From positions 14,076,506-14,140,505 of the forward strand of contig NC_058130.1 in assembly GCF_016433145.1 (NCBI RefSeq): a DNA stretch of 64,000 bases. The letters run 5' to 3'. This stretch comes from Gracilinanus agilis. Lineage: Eukaryota. Below are positions 56,577 to 64,000 of this stretch, piece by piece. A model generated the notes under the pieces. It did not search any database. It was not told where the DNA came from and was given only the letters and a program-made list of their open reading frames with translations. Each line of letters opens with the position of its first letter. Position 1 is the first letter of the stretch. A program made the translations under genes and the position numbers.

Positions 56577-59004
56577 AAGAATTTTCACAGATACCCTGTT
56601 CAGATTGTAGGCTGTGCCTTGGGATAGCCTTGATTTCTTATTTCCTTCCCTGATTGATGCTAAGTTCGTTGCTAATTGTTACTCTTCCTCCTGGTTCTTC
56701 CTCCTCACCTGGCTTGAGAATTGTCTTTACTGCTGCTGAGCTTCTGCTAAGGCCTCTCTCCAAAGCCAAGGCCCTCCGTGGAGTGCAGGAACTTAGCAAA
56801 GCCAGTGCTTTCTCACCTGGTGTCTTCCGATTCCCTTTGGCTGGAGGCAGCATGGGAGGTGGGGAGTGAATGGTCCTCACTCTGTCCATTGCCTTATGGC
56901 TTTGGGCCTCCCATCCCTGGCCTCTCCCTTCTTCATCTATAAGACGGGGAAGTGGGCCGGCCGTGGCCTCTGGGGCCCTTCTAGCTCCAGAAGCCCATGG
57001 AGGTCTCTTGTGCACAGAATGGGTTTGACTTTTGCTGAAAGCCTTTTCTGCCTGCTGTTATTGGAGGTAGAAGGGGCTTCGGGGCTCAGCTGTTCAACCC
57101 TCTCATTTCAGAGATTAAGGGATTAAGAGAGGGCCAGGCCTATGCCTATCTGTCCCAGGGAGCAGAGGTTCGTGCTGAACAAATGATAGAAGCGTGTTTA
57201 CCCAAAGCCCCTTCCGTTTGGTTTTAAACCCCCTGGAAGAAGCGTCCAGCATTGCCCAAGAGAGAGGCTCTGCCACCCCCAGGCAGCAAGATGGATGGGC
57301 CGAGGAGGTTTGTTTTTTAGCACCGCTGGTCCTCCGGGTACTTCTGGCTGTCAGTGTGCTGTTTGTTAGGCCACAAGCATTTATTAACCTCCTGTGGCAG
57401 GTAGGCCACGCTCTATGCTTGGACCCAGGTTCAGAGTCGAGGGAGAGTGATTTGCCAGATGAATTTCAGGGAACACCATATTGATAATCAGTCAACAAAC
57501 ATTAAGTGTCTGCTGTGTGCAGGTGCTGTGCTTGTCCTGGATTCAAAGGCAAGAAGAAAACAGCCTTACCCTAGAGGAGGCACGGCAGCCTTCCCCAGAG
57601 GCCCAGCCAGGCTCGGGGGCTTATTGGACTCTGGGCTTCTACTAAGCCCTTCTTTCTTTTTTATTGCAAATACGTTTTATTGGGGCCTTTTGTTTTTATA
57701 TCATGAATTCTGGATAGAAGTTCTCTTCTGTATCCACGACATGCAGTTACAATCCATTCACTGACCCATTCTGACCTCCGAGCCACATGCTGAAAAGAGG
57801 GACCCAAGAGAACATGCCATAGAATGGCCCCATTTTACACATGAGGAGCTGAGGCCCGACAGGCTATGACTTGGCCAAGGCCACCAAGGAAGGAGGTGGG
57901 GGCTGTTGGGTCCTCCACGGCCTGTTTGCAGTCCCCAAGTATATTGTACGTCGTTGGTGTTGCCTTGGCTTCCCTCCACATCCTGAGCTTTGCCACCAGC
58001 TCCCTTCCCCTTGTCATCCTCCATGTGGTGTCTTTGGCCACCACGTCACCGACCCCCGTCCCCCTACGCCCCCCACGTGGCCTTTCCCAGGGTAGCGCGT
58101 GGCCAGCCTTTTGGCACACCTCAAGCGCTCCATGCAGACACGATCGTTCCTCCTCGGGCTCTGCTGCGTGCTGTCTTGCCAGGCTTGTCCTCCTTCCCTT
58201 GGAATTCTAACAGGTACTTTCAGCTGTGTCACAGAACACGCCCTGTCCTGTTCTCTGCAGATTTCCCTGCTTTGTTGTTTTTTCTGATTCCGGGTAGAGG
58301 CTTTTCCTGCTTGACAGATCAAAGTCTACCCTGTTCTCTTCAGAACTGCCTGGCTGTGTTTGCTTTGCGAGTACCCAGTCACTCAGTGGGCCAGAACACC
58401 TGGAGAATAACAGACAGGAGCGGGGGGAGGGGGAGGTCCGCTGGCACTGCCTCAGGACCAGGCTGAGGACAGCCTGCCCACTTCCACGAGTCTCTTCTCC
58501 CAGCTCCGTTTGGCTAAATGTGATTGAGCCTGAATTAGATTCAATTGGCCCATGATTGCTGTCTTCAGCTTGCAGAAAGAGGCTGTAAGGCGCAAGAGAG
58601 GCTAATTTGGGTCTAATTCTTTGAGGCTGACCCAAAGAACAAAGGCTAGAAGTTACTGGGAGGGACGGGGCTCATTTTATATAGGAAGAACTTCCTGCTT
58701 TGGGATAGATCATTGCTTCTGAGATGATCTTTGGCCCATTTCTACTGCTTCCCCCAAGCTTTTCCTATGAAAAGTTCTCATTTCTGAAAATGCATAATAA
58801 ACCTTGAAGGCTGACTTGGACTGAACAATGGGAATGACATGATAGCCCGGATGTGTCCCACCTTTCAGAGTTTTATTGTTTTGAATAATTAAAAAGCAAA
58901 CAAAACTATTTTTTTCCCCCATTTAAGCTTGTTTTCTGTACTGTGCTAAGAGCTGGGGACCCAAATACAAAAGCCAGGACAGTCTCTGCCCTGAGGAGTT
59001 TACA

Positions 59005-59200
59005 TTCTTAAAAAAATTTTTTAAAAACACTTACCTTCTGTCTTAGAATCAATTCCAAAATTGGTTTAAGGCTGAAGAGCAGTAAGGGTTAGGCAAGTGA
59101 GGTTAAGTGACTTGCTCAAGGTCACACAGGAAATGTTCGAGGTCAGATTTGAACCCAGAACGTTCTATCTCCAGGCCTGGTTCCTTAATCAATGAGCTAT
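59005..59200 (-). mobile_element. CORE-SINE
   Basis: aaaacacttaccttctgtcttagaatc...ttaagtgacttgctcaaggtcacac. Confidence 0.75.
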
Positions 59201-59647
59201 TTAGCCGTCCTTGGAAATGTTCTCTTGAAGGAATCCTGTCCTCCTTTGGTATTCTGGAAGCCGATGGAGTGTAGGAATCTGATGATCTTTATAGAGACAC
59301 TAGATCTGAAGAAGGAGCCCATGGACTCACCTCACTTTCAGGCACTGATCGACTTAACAGCAACAACAAAGCCCTGAAGAGCCACTTTTGGATGTGCTAC
59401 CTTATCTCTGATGTCACCCCCTCCTCCCCACTGGCCATTGGGAGAGTTGTACCATCCACTTTGTGCCTGAGTCAGTATGAAGCAGTAGGCCTTCGTCTTG
59501 GGCTAGTAAGAGAGAGGTCACAGGAAAGTGTATTGGACATAGCTCCGTACACTGTAGACCTCTTGCCTGCTGACAGCAGGGAGAAGTTAATTTTTTCATG
59601 TTGCTTTGATGTTTAGAAATTATTTAATTTATAATGTTTCATATTTC

Positions 59648-59835
59648 TGGGCAGCTAGGTGGCAAAGTGGATAGCATAGTGGACCTGGAGTCAAGAAGAC
59701 TCATCTTTCTGAGTCCAAACCCAGCCTCAGACACTTCCTAGCTGTGTGACCCTGGGCAAGTCACTTAACTGCAGTTACCTAGTCCCTGCCCTTTTGTCCT
59801 TGTTACTAAGACAGAAAGTAAGGGTTAAAAAAAAG
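59648..59835 (+). mobile_element. CORE-SINE (Mar1/MIR-like)
   Basis: gggcagctaggtggcaaagtggatag...ctgtgtgaccctgggcaagtcacttaac. Confidence 0.8.
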
Positions 59836-60223
59836 ACCAGATGGAGTAGGGAAGAGTCTGACCCAACCGAAACAACTGAATAACAACAGAGTATTTAAAG
59901 AAAAAATCTGAGCAGTAAGAGTAAATAAAATTAAAAGCAGCTACTTACATTTAAATGAGTTTTTGTATATAACATATTTGCAACGGCTCATTAATTATTT
60001 GCCCGGCACCCCTTTGAGTCTCTATTTTTCACAAGCAGGGTGCAGGTTGTTCTTGGGGTTCTGCTTTTTTGGCATTGCGTTTTTTCATAGATTCTTCCAA
60101 ATTGCTTTGCCTTCCTTATTCCTGACTTTTCAGACATTGGCATATTTCATTCTGTTTAATATGCTGTCATTTATTCAGCTGCTGAGTATTTAGGCTGCTT
60201 TCTCGTTTTGTGACATTCAAAAT

Positions 60224-60254
<31 letters not shown>

Positions 60255-60258
60255 ACAC
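60224..60258. repeat. (CA)n microsatellite
   Basis: Read directly from the sequence. Confidence 0.9.
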
Positions 60259-60834
60259 GTCTCTTTTCTTCATGATAACACTCTTTGTATTGTCTCAGTT
60301 TGTGCTTCTTTTCCCCCTATTGTCAGGCTGCCCATCAAACAGATTCTACCAATTTGCACTTTAGGAAAATCACCACTTTGGCATCAGAGCAGGGAGGGCT
60401 CAAGGCAAGGAGAACAATGAGGAAGCTTTTTCAGTAGCCCAGATGGGAGGTGTGTGAAGATGGAGACAAGAAGACTTAACTGCGTTGTCGCTCTGGGGGA
60501 AGTCTCGGGGATCGGGGGTCAGTAGGGGGGCAGCACCTTCAGTGTAACAGGAAAGTGCAGCAGTGGGGTATCGGGGGGAGAGAATGAGTCCACTATTGGG
60601 CATGGTGAGCTTATGATGCCGTTGGGGCATCCAGGTTGCCAGCTGAGGATTGGGGGCTGGAGCTCAGATGACAGGGCAGGGCTAGAGGAAGACATCTTTG
60701 TTTTATTCGTGAACCTGAACATTTTTCTGTTATTATAAACTTGACAAAGTTCACTAAACATGGCCATTTACTTATATGAAAAAGTACAGAAAAAAACAGT
60801 ATTCAGGTGGATCTGTGTTAGTAACAGCCTTTTA

Positions 60835-61040
60835 TTTACATATTTGTTTATTCCATCCTTCCCTTCTGTCTTAGAATCAATACTGTGTTTTGGTTCCAAG
60901 GCCAGGGCAGTAAGGGCCAGGCAATGGGGCTTAAGTGACTTGCCCAGGGTCACACAGCTAGGAAGTGTCTGAGGCCAAATTTGAACCCAGGACTTTCCTT
61001 CTCTAGGCCTTAAATTCACTGAGCTACCCAGCTGCCCCTG
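60835..61040 (-). mobile_element. CORE-SINE (SINE1_Mdo-like)
   Basis: Reverse copy ending gagctacccagctgcccc. Confidence 0.82.
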
Positions 61041-61766
61041 TATTTTAAATTTAGTTGTAATGTACAATGTAAAGACAATGTAAACTCCTTGAGGACACAA
61101 ATCGAGCTCTGGGCTTCCAGTTTCTTTTCATTGTGAATAGCCCTGCTCGACCACCTTGCCCATTAGGTTGCCTCTGGGGTGAGAATCTTGGGCTTCCCTT
61201 TGCCCAGATCCTTGAATGCCTCATCGAGCTTTTCTTTCTTTTTTAGAAATTAAAAAGCAAACCAAACTAAACCCTCATGTTCTCTTAGGATGGATACTAA
61301 GTTTTAGTTCCATGGAGGAAGAGCATTAAGGGCTGGACAGTTGGGGTTATGTGACTTGCCCAGGGCCCACAGTTAGACCAGATTTGAACCCCAAATGTAG
61401 GCCTGGCTCTCTGGCCACTGAACTACCCAGCTGGGCTTCTCCAGGAAGTTCCTGTTCTCCCCTGCCCACCTTTGACCCCACTTGCTCCCTTGCTTGAACC
61501 TGTTCTGCGTCTTTCGAGTTATGTCCTTGGAACAGACCGTGCCCAGTTTTGCCTTTCTGCCTTGGCTCGGGCTGTCCTCCTCGTCTCAGATGACCCTCCT
61601 CTTCCTCAGCCTCTGTCCGTGAAGACCGTGGCTGTAAAGGCAGGGGAGAGGGTGGGGGAGAAGGTTCCCGGGCAGGAGCCTGGCGGCTGAGCCTGGAGAG
61701 GGAGGGACGAGGGCTCCCGAGGAGGCCGTGAGCTCCTTTCATGTCGTCTGGCTTCCTGTCTTACAG

Positions 61767-61847
61767 GTCCAGGAGAACTCTCCGGCCCAGCAGGCGGGCT
61801 TGGAGCCCTTCTTCGACTTTATCATCACCATTGGCCATGCGAGGCTG
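61767..61847 (+). CDS. GORASP1: GORASP1 exon 2: [27 protein letters not shown]
   Basis: CAG acceptor, GTGAGT donor; 81 nt; GRASP PDZ-like domain. Confidence 0.96.
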
Positions 61848-62085
61848 GTGAGTCCAGGGCCCGGCCCTCTCCTTTCTCTTCGCTCCGGCCCTTCCTCCTC
61901 CTCCCCTCTGCTGGGGTAGAGGGGCGACCCTGGGGTGAGGCTTCCCACCAGCTCGGGCCTCCTTTCCCCGGGGGAAGGTGGGGGGCTCCCTCCTGAGGAC
62001 TGGGCTGGTTCCTCCTGTGGCCTTGGGATGTGTTAACAGGAAAGAAGCCGTGGGGGACACGTGCTTTCCTCTCCCCCAATGACAG

Positions 62086-62289
62086 AACAGGGAGAGCAGC
62101 ACCCTAAAGGACCTGCTAAAGGCCAACATGGAGAAGCCCGTGAAGCTGGAGGTGTACAGCATCAAGACCCTGAAGGTGCGCGAGGTGGAGGTGGTGCCCA
62201 GCAACATGTGGGGCGGCCAAGGCCTGCTGGGGGCCAGCGTGCGCTTTTGCAGCTTCCACAGGGCCAACGAGCACGTGTGGCATATCTTG
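62086..62289 (+). CDS. GORASP1: GORASP1 exon 3: [23 protein letters not shown]...[29 protein letters not shown]
   Basis: CAG acceptor, GTGAGC donor; 204 nt. The gene continues beyond the window. Confidence 0.96.
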
Positions 62290-62971
62290 GTGAGCAGATG
62301 GGTGTTCTGGCACGCCTGACTCCCCTCTTCCTGCCTCTTCCTGGCCCCAGCCCCGACTCCAAGCCTCCCTTCTCCTGCTCCATCGGGCAAGGGGCTCCCC
62401 TTCCCTCCCCACCTCCCTAGGCCCAGGCCATTCCCATGCTCTCCCCTATGCTCTCCTCCCTTTTTCCTGGCTCCCAGGAGGTGTCCCCGCTCCTTGGGAA
62501 ACGGATTTCCTCAGAATTGTGTCCTCAGGCCCTTTGCTGGTGATGATGATAATAAAGGTGACAAGGTAGCATTTATTAGCACTTTGGGGTTTCCAAACCA
62601 GTTTATAAACAATACTGTATCTCCCTGCATCCTCGCAACAACGCTGCAGGGTCGATGTTATTATTATTCCCATTTTTCATGAGAAAACTGAGGCAAACAG
62701 AGGTTTGTAAATGCCTGAGGCAGGTTCTGTGTCTTCTCTTGCCCCTCCTGTCTCTCCCCTGGATCTGATTCTTTTGGTAAAGAGGACCGACCTCTCTCTG
62801 GGGTGAAGAAGAGAATGGAGTTTCGTGTGACTCTCTTCGGGCCTCCTTGGAGCTTCTCTGAGGGCCTCCGTGAGGCCAGGCCTCGTCTCTCCCACTAGGC
62901 TGGGAGATCATTTCCTTCTTCGGGCTTGTGTCCTGGCACACGGCAGGCACAGGACAGATCCTCGTCCACTG

Positions 62972-63299
62972 TGTTAATATGAAAAATGATTAAGGCTGGT
63001 ATAAATATATAAATTAGTATTTTAATTAAAGCCATGTTGATAGATAAAATCATTAGACCACGCGCTTGTAAGCATTCAAAACTGCCGCCTCCATACTGCC
63101 TCCTAGCCAAGCGCCTACTCGCCAAGAAGAGAGCACTCCCTCCTAACCCACGAGATTTAAGCGCTCCCCTGCGTCAAGACGTCGGAAACGGAAACCAGTT
63201 GGACCATGTTGGATCAAGGGAAATGTAGTTTTGATACATTTCCCTTGTCCATAGAAATATATACATTTTTAGATGGTTTCTTCCAATTTCCTTTTTACA
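62972..63299 (-). mobile_element. Solo LTR of 328 bp (ERV1-like, 4-bp TSD ACTG) in GORASP1 intron 3
   Basis: TGTTAAT...TTTTACA termini; ACTG at 62968-62971 and 63300-63303; CpGs retained; ATTAAA-type signal near the minus-strand 3' end. Confidence 0.8.
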
Positions 63300-63714
63300 A
63301 CTGATTGAACGCTTATCCCTGGCAACTGGCTCTTCCATGAGGTTTCTCATCCTCATATCAGAGAATTTCAGAATTTTGAAAGGGCCCTCAGGGCCCCGTT
63401 TGTCCAGACCCAGAAGGAAAAGAGTCCTGTTTACGCCACACTCATCAAGCATCCTTGCCTAAAGACCTGTCGTGAGCCAGGAAACCTGTGGCCTTCTGCA
63501 GCAGCCCGTGCTGCCTGGGACACCGTCCTGACGTGGAGCCTCAGTTTACCTTTTTGCAGTGTTCACTCGTCGGTCCTGGTGTGGCTGAGCAGAATGAGTC
63601 TAATTCCACAGGAAGCCTCAGCTGTCGTGTTCCCCTCAGTCAAGCGTCAAGTCCAGCATCCAGTCCAGCATCCTTGACCTTGAGGGGCTCGGATCCCCTG
63701 GGGGACTGCCAGCA

Positions 63715-63890
63715 AACAATCCTTCCCTTCCATCTTAGAATCAATACTGGATATCAGTTCCAAGGCAGAAGAGCTGTAAGGTTTAGGCAATGAGGGTGAA
63801 GTGACTTGCCCAGGGTCACACAGCTAGGAAGTGTCTGAGGCCAGATTTGAACCCAGGACTTCCTGTCTCTAGGCCATCTAGCTGCCCCTC
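63715..63890 (-). mobile_element. CORE-SINE
   Basis: ttccatcttagaatcaatactg...gaagtgacttgcccagggtcacacagctaggaagtgtctgaggcc. Confidence 0.8.
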
Positions 63891-64000
63891 TGACAAGTTC
63901 TTAAATAGCTCCTCAGCACAGCTTGGTCACCTGAGAGTTTGGTCTCTGATTCTCTGCCTCGCAGAGTGCAGTGAAGACACTTAAGTGGACTCCTGTGTTT

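Noticed and set aside
58500-58640. Possible conserved enhancer (TAATT and AACAAAG motifs) in GORASP1 intron 1
   Set aside because: Only short common motifs; cannot be supported without alignments.
63530-63541. GACGTGGAGCCT (DVEP), resembling the start of GORASP1 exon 4
   Set aside because: No AG acceptor precedes it and the downstream peptide does not continue as SSPAALAGL; exon 4 must lie beyond the window.
1-64000. tRNA genes, CRISPR arrays, prokaryotic or viral coding systems
   Set aside because: tRNA-like A/B boxes all belong to SINE heads; there are no regularly spaced repeat-spacer arrays and no intact gag/pol/env or transposase ORFs.

Overview
Eukaryotic (marsupial, probably didelphid/opossum-like, judged from the dominant SINE1_Mdo-like CORE-SINE) genomic window with the gene order seen at human 3p22.2. 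It holds the terminal coding exon and 3'UTR of CSRNP1 (+, 56-958); a complete 29-exon TTC21A gene (IFT-A subunit IFT139A; minus strand, ATG 53994 to stop 8390; 3942 nt CDS = 1313 aa; all introns GT-AG and phase-consistent); and the first three coding exons of GORASP1 (GRASP65; +, ATG 54782), head-to-head with TTC21A across a ~0.8 kb CpG island. The rest is mostly transposon-derived: many SINEs, L1, L2 and RTE fragments and at least three solo LTRs with readable target-site duplications. Nearly all other ORFs in the six-frame track are shadows of GC-rich or repeat sequence. I found no unambiguous new gene or system. The best leads are: a UPRE + GASE (Golgi-stress) motif cluster in GORASP1 intron 1; an RFX X-box and an RGGTCA array in the bidirectional promoter; an intragenic CpG island with a perfect NRF1 palindrome in TTC21A; a three-level nested insertion (SINE > LTR > apparently spliced L1 5' fragment); three TTC21A introns of exactly 279 nt; and two stop-free, in-frame terminal introns. 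Homologue comparisons and repeat family names are from memory, not database searches, and repeat boundaries without a TSD are approximate.
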